A stretch of 15,283 bases of DNA from Promethearchaeota archaeon (GTDB lineage Archaea > Asgardarchaeota > Lokiarchaeia > Sigyniarchaeales > SOKP01). A program made the translations under genes and the position numbers. The stretch lies in the NCBI GenBank assembly GCA_019894975.1, contig JAGXNO010000066.1, positions 1 to 15,283 of the forward strand, in the 5' to 3' direction. Below, piece after piece: positions 6,758 through 14,770 of this stretch. The first letter of the stretch is position 1; each line of letters starts with the position of its first letter. Under the pieces are notes generated by a model. It had not been told where the DNA came from. It saw only the letters and a program-made list of their open reading frames with translations, and did no database searches.

Positions 6758-7414
6758 ATGACGGAAAGAGATCAACAATTAACGACAGATGTAAGAAATT
6801 ATTGTGAAAAAATTGGTGTAGATGTGGTAGGATTTGCCGATCCACTCTTATTTGAACGATATTCAGAAGAAAATCGACCACATGCGTTTCTCAAAAATTC
6901 AAAAACTGTTATCGTAATCGGTTTTCATCTATATGATATTATTCTTGATGCTTGGAGTCATAAAGAGGGAGAAGGAATATGGACTCATCAGTTTGCAGAT
7001 GCAGTTGTTGAGCAATTCTGTCATGGAGTTCGTAGATTGCTATTAAAGAAAGGGTATAATTCTCGGGTTATTCCTTATAGTCCTGGTTTATATTTAAAAG
7101 AAGCGGCTGCTTTAGCAGGAATTGGTCCAATTGGAAAAAACAACTTACTTATAACTAATCTCTTTGGTTCTCAGGTAAGATTAAGAGCTTTAGTTACAAC
7201 AGCACCACTTATTTGTGGGGATCCTATAGAAGAAAGTAAGTATTGTAAAGAATGTAATATCTGTATAGAAACATGCCCTGCAAAAGCGTTCGATAATGGA
7301 AAATATAGCAGAGAAAAATGTTATCTTTATTTGGAAACTCATAAAAAGAACTTATCTGATTATACTGTAATAGAATGTAATGTATGTATTGAAACATGCC
7401 CAATTGGGAAATAA
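6758..7414 (+). CDS. QueG/reductive-dehalogenase-like 2x[4Fe-4S] protein, probably cobamide-binding; function unknown
   Basis: GVDVVGFA; signature KEAAALAGIGPIGKNNLLITNLFGSQVRLRALVT; CxxCxxCxxxCP (CKECNICIETCP) plus a split second cluster motif C...CxxCxxxCP. Confidence 0.8.
   Translation: MTERDQQLTTDVRNYCEKIGVDVVGFADPLLFERYSEENRPHAFLKNSKTVIVIGFHLYDIILDAWSHKEGEGIWTHQFADAVVEQFCHGVRRLLLKKGYNSRVIPYSPGLYLKEAAALAGIGPIGKNNLLITNLFGSQVRLRALVTTAPLICGDPIEESKYCKECNICIETCPAKAFDNGKYSREKCYLYLETHKKNLSDYTVIECNVCIETCPIGK
7249..7401 (+). repeat. Intragenic 30-bp direct repeat (27/30 identical) encoding the two Fe-S motifs
   Basis: 7249-7278 AGAATGTAATATCTGTATAGAAACATGCCC versus 7372-7401 AGAATGTAATGTATGTATTGAAACATGCCC. 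Confidence 0.85.
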
Positions 7415-7438
7415 AGAGATACCTCACAATAGGATTCT

Positions 7439-8548
7439 TCAGAAAAAAAAATTTAGAAAACTATCAATAACCTTGACGGTTTGATCTCTTCTCCCTGATT
7501 TTGGAAAAACTCTATTGAGTAGATGAGTCTCAACTTCCATTACGTCTAAGCCTATTAAGTCAAACTTTTTTGAATTTATTGCACTCTTTATGCTTTTAGC
7601 AGCATTTAAGATAGTATTTTGATCGATTCCAATAGCATTTCTAAACCGAGTTGCAATTATTTCCCTTAATGCACCTACATCTGTATCAAATGAAATGTAG
7701 ATTTTTGATTGTTTAGTCTCCCTTAAAATTGTTGACAGTTTTTTAATCATTGATGATGGATCAGATTTAGGTATAAATGATACACCTTTCTGTTCAATTT
7801 CATTGTAAAATTCAACATATTCAATAATTCTAGAGTCATTTATGGAACGAAATTTTGCATCGGGATAATCTTGACACCCGAAGATTATTAGATTTTCAGG
7901 AAATATAATCTTTTCTTTCAATAAAAAAAAAAGAAATGAAGCACAGGTGTAATTATCTACAATATCTAAGGTTTTATTAACAGCATTAATATCTTCTGAA
8001 ATTAACGGATTTATTTCATCAGGGTGCTCATTCATATATTTTGCTATATTCAATGCAATGTTAGCAGGTATTCCATCAAAATGGGCATCAAAAATTAGGA
8101 TTAGTAAATCTTCAGACCCAAATTCCTTAGACAATGCATTTAAAACACCCCCCGTAAGAGAATGATCTACTCCGATCATTAGAGGAAAATCTGGTAATAT
8201 GTTATTTCTAATGTAAACTTCGAGTTTCTCCGAATAAATTCTAATAGCGTCTTTACGAGTAAATTGTTGAAATTCAAACTGATTCATTAAAGGTAAATCT
8301 TCCAGTTTTGGTTTAGGAGTCAGCCATGATTCAATGGGAAATTTACCCATTTTAAGAAATTTATCTTTTGATAACACACGGCTAAAATACAGTAGTCCTT
8401 CGTAGGGATCTAAAAAATTAGGGTCTATTACAAGATTTTGAGCTAAATTATTTAGATAATTTTGTTTAATTTGAAGACTAAGGGGGAAATCTGCTGCATC
8501 CAAAGCTGCCCCAAATACTTTTATTAATTTTTCCAAGTTTTCAGGCAT
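7439..8548 (-). CDS. Arginase/agmatinase (ureohydrolase) family metallohydrolase, divergent
   Basis: Metal-ligand motifs GVDHS, FDAHFD and ISFDTDV, distal DVMEVE, and an N-terminal VFGAALD strand. Confidence 0.85.
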   Translation of the reverse strand: MPENLEKLIKVFGAALDAADFPLSLQIKQNYLNNLAQNLVIDPNFLDPYEGLLYFSRVLSKDKFLKMGKFPIESWLTPKPKLEDLPLMNQFEFQQFTRKDAIRIYSEKLEVYIRNNILPDFPLMIGVDHSLTGGVLNALSKEFGSEDLLILIFDAHFDGIPANIALNIAKYMNEHPDEINPLISEDINAVNKTLDIVDNYTCASFLFFLLKEKIIFPENLIIFGCQDYPDAKFRSINDSRIIEYVEFYNEIEQKGVSFIPKSDPSSMIKKLSTILRETKQSKIYISFDTDVGALREIIATRFRNAIGIDQNTILNAAKSIKSAINSKKFDLIGLDVMEVETHLLNRVFPKSGRRDQTVKVIDSFLNFFF

Positions 8549-8619
8549 TCCTCTAATTACTTTGAAAATACAATTAATCTATAAATAATATAAAGGATTT
8601 AATATAATTTATAAGGTCG
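8549..8619. promoter_or_regulatory. Short divergent intergenic region, probable shared bidirectional promoter
   Basis: Only 71 bp separate the head-to-head starts at 8548 (-) and 8620 (+). Several TATA-like words are present (TATAAATA, TTTAATATAA, TTTATAA). Confidence 0.4.
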
Positions 8620-10053
8620 ATGAAAATGATAGATAACGAAATTATTACAGAATTAGCAGGAATTGTAGGGGAAAAGTATGTTTCGGATCAACCTGAAATG
8701 CAATTTCTCTATCATTATGATTTCATAACAGCTGAACCAGAAGGAAAGTGTGATATCGTAATAATGCCGAATTCTGCAGAGGAAGTTCAGGAAATTGTTA
8801 AAATTGCAAATATCCATAAAATTCCAGTCGTTCCTTGGGTTTCTGGTATAAATTTTGGTTCTCTTGCCACCCCTAGAAAAGGAGGAATTGTAGTTGATTT
8901 AAGAAGATTGAATCGAGTGTTGGAAGTAAACGAGGATGATATGTATGTGGTGGTTGAAGGAGGGATAACATGGGCAGATTTGCAAGGATACCTCGAAAAG
9001 AATCACCCTGATCTAAGAGCAGGAGTGACATGGTCACCTCCAGGTACAGGAGTAGTTCCTTCATGCCTCTGTTATGGGATGTTTGATTTAGGTATGATAG
9101 GCGGATCTGGTGCTGAGTTTCTAAACGGTTTAGAAGCAGTACTGGGATCAGGAGAACTTGTTAAAATAGGTTCTTGTGCCATCTCTAATCATTGGTATGG
9201 TAGACAACCATTACCAGATTTAGCGGGATTATTTATAGGGTGGGAAGGTACAACAGGGATTGTAACCAAAGCAGCTATAAAAGTATGGCCAAGATTACCC
9301 TTCAATGAAGTTTTCACAGGTGCAACGCTCAGAATGGATGATGGAATTCCTGTAATGCTTAAACTTGCGAAAGCAGGTCTCGGTATTATTGATCTAGTTG
9401 TAGTTAATCTCGGATGGAGCCAATCAGTCCAAAATCTAAATGAGAAAAGTGTTCCCAAAGATGCCATAAAAGGAGGTATGCCTGATTTTATAGGAATTAT
9501 TGCAACTCAAGCGTATACTGCTAAGCAACATGAAGCTCAATGTGACGCAATTAAAGAAATTTGTAAAGAAGGCAATATACAGCTTATGTCAAGAGAACAA
9601 GGAGTAGAAGCAATAGAAGAACCCCCAACTCAGGTTTGGGGTTGCTGGAATTTCTCGAGAGGTGGTGGTGGTGAATGGATTGGTTCTTACTGCTCAACAG
9701 GAGATATCGTGAATTATTATAATGTAGCAAGGGAAGTTTGTTTGAAATATGATAAACCTCCACAATTTTATAGCAGGATAATGTTTGGTGGGCATTATTG
9801 TGTTGCGAGAACTAATATTAATTTTAACAAAAATGATCCAGCTGACATAGCAAAAGCACGGGACCTCTTAAAAGAAATTCATGAGGAGGTTCAAAAAATT
9901 GATGGGGCAATAATGTATAAATCACCAAAATGGGCGTATCAATCACATAAAGAAAAAATTTTTCCCGCTACAGGTGAATTAATTGAAAAAATTAGAAAAC
10001 TACTTGATCCAAATAAAATAATGAACCCAGGACAAGGTAGAGGAGAAGAATAG
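8620..10053 (+). CDS. FAD-binding oxidoreductase, VAO/PCMH/GlcD superfamily
   Basis: MPNSAEEVQEIVKIA, PWVSGINFG, GIVVDLRRLNRVLEV, VEGGITW, GLEAVLGSGE, PDLAGLFIGWEGTTGIVTK and C-terminal LDPNKIMNPG. The start could also be ATG 8626. Confidence 0.9.
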   Translation: MKMIDNEIITELAGIVGEKYVSDQPEMQFLYHYDFITAEPEGKCDIVIMPNSAEEVQEIVKIANIHKIPVVPWVSGINFGSLATPRKGGIVVDLRRLNRVLEVNEDDMYVVVEGGITWADLQGYLEKNHPDLRAGVTWSPPGTGVVPSCLCYGMFDLGMIGGSGAEFLNGLEAVLGSGELVKIGSCAISNHWYGRQPLPDLAGLFIGWEGTTGIVTKAAIKVWPRLPFNEVFTGATLRMDDGIPVMLKLAKAGLGIIDLVVVNLGWSQSVQNLNEKSVPKDAIKGGMPDFIGIIATQAYTAKQHEAQCDAIKEICKEGNIQLMSREQGVEAIEEPPTQVWGCWNFSRGGGGEWIGSYCSTGDIVNYYNVAREVCLKYDKPPQFYSRIMFGGHYCVARTNINFNKNDPADIAKARDLLKEIHEEVQKIDGAIMYKSPKWAYQSHKEKIFPATGELIEKIRKLLDPNKIMNPGQGRGEE

Positions 10054-10054
10054 T

Positions 10055-11296
10055 ATGTCTAAGAGAAGAGTAAGAAATATATCTGGGATGGGGATTTCTA
10101 AAATAACTTTGGCTCATGAAAATCAGAAACTTCAACGGCATCAGGATTTATCACATTATAAGGAGACATTTTTTCAATGTGGGAAGTGTGGAACCTGCCG
10201 AACAGTCTATAAAGACGCTAATTGGTCTCGAGTTTGCCCATCTGGAGAATTTGGCAAATTTGAAGCATATTACCTTGGTGGGAAAAATCTTCTCACATGG
10301 GCTTTATCTACTGATAAACTCAAATGGAGTGAAAATTTAGCTAAGATTTTTTATCAATGCTCTGTGTGTATGGCATGCGTACAGCAATGTCAGATACCTG
10401 AAATTCATACGTATGCAGGAGAATGGTTAATGGCGATGAGAGAAGAGGCTGTTAAGGCCGGGTATGGTCCTATGCCAGAACAAACTAAGTATACTGACCA
10501 TATAATGACAGAAAAAAACCCTTATATGGAAAAAAATGAAAGCAGATTGAAATGGTTACCATCACATATTAAACAATCACCAGAGGCAAAATTGGCATAT
10601 TTTGTGGGATGTACTGCAAGTTATAGAGAGCAAAACATTGCGATTGCAACAGCGGAAATATTAAATTCATTGGGTATTGAATTTAAAATTTTGGAAAAAG
10701 AGGGATGTTGTGGATCTCCTGTTTATATGACAGGTCAGACTGAAAAAGCAATTGAATTAGCAGAAATGAATGTAGAAAGCTTTAAAGAAAGCGGAATTGA
10801 AAAGATTATTACTTCTTGCGCTGGATGTTACAGAACTTTAAAAGAGACGTATCCTAATAAATTTAATTTAGATCATGGAATAGAAATTCGACATTTACCC
10901 GAATTCATAAAAAGAGAATCTAAAAGTAGGGAGAATATTTTTACGAATGAAGTAAACATGAAAATCACTTACCATGATCCTTGTCATTTAGGACGACACA
11001 TGGGCATGTACAACGCACCAAGAGATGTATTACAAAGTATCCCGGGCATTGAATTAGTAGAAATGACACGAAATAGGCATAATGCATGGTGTTGTGGTTC
11101 TGGAGGTGGAGTAAGATCTGCCTTTAAAGATTTGTCTTCCTTTGCTGCAAAAGAACGAATAGAAGAAGCTATGGAAACTCAAGCTGAAGCCATTGTCTCA
11201 TCTTGCCCATTTTGTTTAAATCAGTTTAAATCTAACATAGAAAATGATGCTATTCAGACATATGATATTTCAGAATTAATTAGGAAAGCAGTCTAA
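10055..11296 (+). CDS. GlcF/HdrD-like Fe-S oxidoreductase with two CCG domains
   Basis: CGKCGTC...VCP and CSVCMACVQQC ferredoxin-type motifs; YFVGC, GCCG, TSCAGC; YHDPCHLGR, WCCGSGGG, SSCPFC. Starts 1 nt after the flavoprotein stop, with SD GAGGAG at 10040-10045, so it is co-operonic. Confidence 0.92.
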   Translation: MSKRRVRNISGMGISKITLAHENQKLQRHQDLSHYKETFFQCGKCGTCRTVYKDANWSRVCPSGEFGKFEAYYLGGKNLLTWALSTDKLKWSENLAKIFYQCSVCMACVQQCQIPEIHTYAGEWLMAMREEAVKAGYGPMPEQTKYTDHIMTEKNPYMEKNESRLKWLPSHIKQSPEAKLAYFVGCTASYREQNIAIATAEILNSLGIEFKILEKEGCCGSPVYMTGQTEKAIELAEMNVESFKESGIEKIITSCAGCYRTLKETYPNKFNLDHGIEIRHLPEFIKRESKSRENIFTNEVNMKITYHDPCHLGRHMGMYNAPRDVLQSIPGIELVEMTRNRHNAWCCGSGGGVRSAFKDLSSFAAKERIEEAMETQAEAIVSSCPFCLNQFKSNIENDAIQTYDISELIRKAV

Positions 11297-11298
11297 AG

Positions 11299-11357
11299 TA
11301 TTTTAAAATATTATTTTTTTTAATTTAACTTTTTTTTAGAAGAAATATAAAAAAAAG
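11299..11357. terminator. Probable bidirectional terminator between convergent operons
   Basis: T8 runs at 11314-11321 and 11330-11337 and A8 at 11349-11356. Perfect 10-bp inverted repeat CTTTTTTTTA (11329-11338)/TAAAAAAAAG (11348-11357). Confidence 0.65.
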
Positions 11358-11362
11358 AGATT

Positions 11363-12145
11363 TTATTGATTTTCTAATTGGTCTTGGGCAATTAGAGCTG
11401 CTCCAAAAGCCCCAATTATTTGGGGGTCAACAGGTAGATTTTTTGCCCCAACTCCAATTCTTTTTTCAAGATAGGTAACAACCCCGGTATTTTTAGCAAC
11501 TCCTCCAGTTATAGTGAAATCCTCTTCAAGGCCAACTCTATAGACCAGAGACATTATCCTAGAAGCAATGGCGTCATGTATTCCCGCAACTATATCAGAT
11601 ACTTCTATTCCATCCGCCATAAGACTTACAACTTCTGTTTCAGCAAAAACACTGCATTGAGCTGTAATTTTGGCTTGGTTTTTCGCTTGTAAAGAAATGG
11701 GACCAAGTTCTTCGAGCTTTAACTCTAAGGTTTTTGCCATAACTTCAAGGAACCTACCTGTACCTGCTGCACATTTATCGTTCATAGCGAAATCCAAGAT
11801 CTTACCGTTTTTATCTACCTTTATTACTTTACAATCTTGTCCTCCTACATCAATTATCGTTCTAACTGATGGAATAAATGAATGAGCTCCTTTTCCATGG
11901 CAGGTTAATTCTGAAGTTTCAGAATTCGCAAATGGGATTTTTACTCTCCCATATCCAGTGCCAACAATGAATTCAATATCATCTAAACTCAAATTTTCTT
12001 TTTTTAGAGCCTCATCCATTGCATTTTTAGCTGTTCTTTCTGGTTTAGGTGTTGTTGGGACAATACTATATGTGAAAATCTCACCATCTTTTAAAATAAC
12101 GGCTTTACCAGTTAAGGAACCTACATCACATCCAGCTACTATCAA
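11363..12145 (-). CDS. hgdC: 2-hydroxyacyl-CoA dehydratase activator (HgdC/HadI/BcrAD family ASKHA ATPase with [4Fe-4S])
   Basis: GCDVGSLTGK, TGYGR, SELTCHGKG, IDVGGQDCK, MNDKCAAGTGRFLE, QCSVFAETE, TGGVAKN. TTG start with SD AGGAGG at 12156-12161. The symbol is family-level only. Confidence 0.93.
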   Translation of the reverse strand: MIVAGCDVGSLTGKAVILKDGEIFTYSIVPTTPKPERTAKNAMDEALKKENLSLDDIEFIVGTGYGRVKIPFANSETSELTCHGKGAHSFIPSVRTIIDVGGQDCKVIKVDKNGKILDFAMNDKCAAGTGRFLEVMAKTLELKLEELGPISLQAKNQAKITAQCSVFAETEVVSLMADGIEVSDIVAGIHDAIASRIMSLVYRVGLEEDFTITGGVAKNTGVVTYLEKRIGVGAKNLPVDPQIIGAFGAALIAQDQLENQ

Positions 12146-12161
12146 TTTTATTTATCCTCCT

Positions 12162-13478
12162 TCATAATACTACTTGCGTAATAAAATCCGAAATCCCTCC
12201 CCTTATAGATTCTGAGGTTACTTCACGTGAATCGTAAGGATCGCAACCAAAGATATAAACGGGAACACCTGTTTCTTCGCGTACTGCTTCTGAGCTAACT
12301 CTCGCCATTGAATACGCATGTTTACAAGCAAACTGCATTGGCATTATCACACAATCTATCTTATAATCTTTTACGTAATCTAGTAAAAAATCAATATAGT
12401 ATTCAATTGGACCTCTACATGTTCCAATCATAGAAAAATCTAGAGCTCCTTTCGCTAAACTCTCAAAACATTTTTCAGTTGTTGAAACATCATGAGGTAG
12501 TACTTGGTAGAACCCTAACAAATCCATTACAACCACTGCTTGAAATGTCTCTTCTATCCATGTTAATAAATCTCCGTCAAAAAAAATATGAGTATAGGGC
12601 CAAGCAATCCTAATCTTCTCATCAGTTACCCCTGAAATACCATTTTTGACATTTTCAGCAGCTGTATCTCTTAACCATTTAGTAGATTTGACAGCATCAT
12701 CAGTTCCCCCGCAACCTACCATTGATAAAAAATTTCCAAAACTCGCTTGGCTATTAACTGGACAGGGAACAGTTTTTAATAATTCATTGAATTCTAAGAT
12801 ATATTGTCTAGCTTGATTCACTTTGCCCATTGTTTCTTGTAATTTCTCTAAATTTAATTTCTGACTTGTTTTCTGTTCTAACCATGATATTAACTCTTTT
12901 GTTTGAGTTACCATGTAATCGATTACTTTATCATCATTAAATTCCCCTACTTTATCATAAGTCCAATATGGGATATCAATTTTAAAAGCAGGAATACTCG
13001 CTAACTGTTCAAAAACTTGATAAGTCATTGCAAGAGAATTACAGGGAGTTGATAGAAAGAATAATAGATCGGGGATTGGAGCTACTCCTTGCATATAAGA
13101 ACCTATTAATGGTCTTTGAGCATTACAAACAGTTGGATTATCTCCATAACCTATTTTATTAGTGAGATCAAGATAAGTTTCATTAAGACCTAAGGGTGCC
13201 AATCCAACGCTGTACGTTTCTTGCATCAAAGGTGCTAAATCCATTGCATAAAAAATTTCGGGACCGTAATTAAATGGATGCATAACCAATTTTTTCCCAT
13301 CCTTTCTTGCTTTAGGAATAGAAAGGAGATAATTTAATAACATTTCCGTAATTGGAGTTAAATCATCATCTTTAAATTGATTTAATAAACCTATTGTCAT
13401 CATCTTTAGCATAGACAAATCTTTACCCCAGTTACCTCTAGTGAGTTTTTTGTATTCGTTAAACTTTTCAATATCCAT
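12162..13478 (-). CDS. 2-hydroxyacyl-CoA dehydratase / benzoyl-CoA reductase family, alpha-type subunit (HgdA/HadB/BcrB-like)
   Basis: Three cluster Cys in PTVCNAQ, STPCNS and QFACKH; FKIDIP; KIRIAW; KDYKIDCVI; GCDPYDSR. SD GAGGTGA (13485-13491) overlaps the upstream stop codon. Confidence 0.88.
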   Translation of the reverse strand: MDIEKFNEYKKLTRGNWGKDLSMLKMMTIGLLNQFKDDDLTPITEMLLNYLLSIPKARKDGKKLVMHPFNYGPEIFYAMDLAPLMQETYSVGLAPLGLNETYLDLTNKIGYGDNPTVCNAQRPLIGSYMQGVAPIPDLLFFLSTPCNSLAMTYQVFEQLASIPAFKIDIPYWTYDKVGEFNDDKVIDYMVTQTKELISWLEQKTSQKLNLEKLQETMGKVNQARQYILEFNELLKTVPCPVNSQASFGNFLSMVGCGGTDDAVKSTKWLRDTAAENVKNGISGVTDEKIRIAWPYTHIFFDGDLLTWIEETFQAVVVMDLLGFYQVLPHDVSTTEKCFESLAKGALDFSMIGTCRGPIEYYIDFLLDYVKDYKIDCVIMPMQFACKHAYSMARVSSEAVREETGVPVYIFGCDPYDSREVTSESIRGGISDFITQVVL

Positions 13479-13484
13479 CTATTT

Positions 13485-14606
13485 TCACCTCGATTCCAAT
13501 ATTTCCATAAAAGTTTGAACTCTTGTTTTCATTGCCCCAGCTCCACTCAAAATGTATTCTCTCTCTAACTCAAGAGAAGGAATCCCAGCTTCCTTTAATT
13601 TATTTCTAAGTAGGAAGACCTCAGGCCACCATAGAGCACAAAACTTCATCCTTTCAAGTACAACACCATCAACGTCAAAATCCTTAATCATTTCCATCAT
13701 GAATTCTTCCCTTTTCTTATGTCCATCCGTCATCCGAGGACATGATATCTTTGATAAATATCGTTCTGCTAAGGCATCGATCGGATTTAACTTTTCATCA
13801 ACTAAATCCCAAAAGTATCTAGAACCAAGACACAAGGAGTCTGTGACTACTAATCCTCCAAGGTCTTCTATAATCTCTATATATTCTGGTTCATCTAGCA
13901 TACTCCCAATGATCATTAGCCTACTTTTATATTCTACACTAGTATTTTCTTCTGCAATTTGAGAAAGTTGTGATTCTAAGAGTTCGTTAAATTGATCTCT
14001 TGGCATTGAGACTCCTGCATTAATAATATTCATTATGTTAGTACCCGTTACAGGTGGATTTTTTTGTTTTCTCAACATATATAAATCTTTTAGGAGTGTA
14101 CGAGATTTATTGTAAACCTTAATCGAATTCTTCAATTTTTCATCGGGAATGCTAACACCAAAACTTTTTTCAATATGTTGTTTAAGTTTAGTAATTTCAT
14201 GCTTAAACCAATCGATTGTTGTATCACTAACATTACCAGGGACTCCCATTATATAGTGGTATGGAAAAGGAGCTTTATATCTGATATTATCGTAAAGACG
14301 TCTAATTTGATCGCAACAATTACAGGAAACAATCCCATCAAGAAATTTATAATGTTTTCTGTTTGCTAACTCAAGACAACATCTTGTATAACTACAAGTG
14401 GTAGGAGTCATATATGCATCCCCCATTGGTGTATCGGTACATTCTCTTGCTCTCATTCTAATCGGTAAGATATCTGCGGCGTGAAATATTTCTTCAGGTA
14501 TGTATGAGCAAAAATATCCTAAAACCTTTTTACCCTCTTTTTTCCAGTTATCTACCCAGGGATTCATAAGAGGGATAGGATTTTTAAATTCTTCAATAAT
14601 TGGCAT
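13485..14606 (-). CDS. 2-hydroxyacyl-CoA dehydratase / benzoyl-CoA reductase family, beta-type subunit (HgdB/HadC/BcrC-like)
   Basis: GKKVLGYFCSYIPEEIFHAA, TTCSY, NCCDQIRR, DSLCLGSRYF, CPRM, KFCALW, GIPSLELERE, KTRVQTFME. Confidence 0.9.
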   Translation of the reverse strand: MPIIEEFKNPIPLMNPWVDNWKKEGKKVLGYFCSYIPEEIFHAADILPIRMRARECTDTPMGDAYMTPTTCSYTRCCLELANRKHYKFLDGIVSCNCCDQIRRLYDNIRYKAPFPYHYIMGVPGNVSDTTIDWFKHEITKLKQHIEKSFGVSIPDEKLKNSIKVYNKSRTLLKDLYMLRKQKNPPVTGTNIMNIINAGVSMPRDQFNELLESQLSQIAEENTSVEYKSRLMIIGSMLDEPEYIEIIEDLGGLVVTDSLCLGSRYFWDLVDEKLNPIDALAERYLSKISCPRMTDGHKKREEFMMEMIKDFDVDGVVLERMKFCALWWPEVFLLRNKLKEAGIPSLELEREYILSGAGAMKTRVQTFMEILESR

Positions 14607-14625
14607 AATTTCATCTCTAAATCAG

Positions 14626-14657
14626 TTAGTAAACCCAAATATGTTCAGATTTACTAA
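14626..14657. repeat. 8-bp inverted repeat in the leader of the beta-alpha-activator operon
   Basis: TTAGTAAA (14626-14633), a 16-nt spacer, then TTTACTAA (14650-14657), 20-51 nt upstream of the start at 14606. Confidence 0.55.
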
Positions 14658-14770
14658 AAAATTCTTGGATTTATATTTACTTTAAATTTTAATTATAAAT
14701 AACGCTGTTGGGATTTAAAAAAGTAATGGTTTTTCTAAAGAACAGACAAAAATGATAAATATAGATTAAA

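Noticed and set aside
6758-7414. Assigning the gene symbol queG
   Set aside because: The protein is short, the QueG catalytic residues are not evident, and queuosine synthesis is not typical of archaea.
7923-7932. A10 run (T10 on the coding strand) inside the arginase-fold gene, and A9 at 7443-7451, considered as phase-variation or frameshift sites
   Set aside because: The reading frame is intact, with conserved motifs on both sides of the A10 run. Such runs are expected for Phe/Leu codons in an AT-rich genome.
9661-9672. (GGT)4 trinucleotide repeat; similarly (GGA)4 near 1692-1703
   Set aside because: Both simply encode Gly4 stretches and are too short to indicate a variable repeat locus.
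11363-14606. Calling the cluster benzoyl-CoA reductase (bcr/bzd)
   Set aside because: Only one ATPase subunit is visible, and there are no downstream dienoyl-CoA hydratase or ring-cleavage genes in the window. Only a family-level call is supported.
78-14685. Short overlapping ORFs in the track (78-269, 3275-3484, 3836-4180, 5565-5750, 5916-6140, 6156-6356, 7224-7427, 8873-9064, 9189-9467, 10116-10340, 11670-11885, 11958-12167, 13552-13962, 14175-14369, 14500-14685)
   Set aside because: They are antisense or alternate-frame shadows of well-supported genes, with no recognisable motifs.
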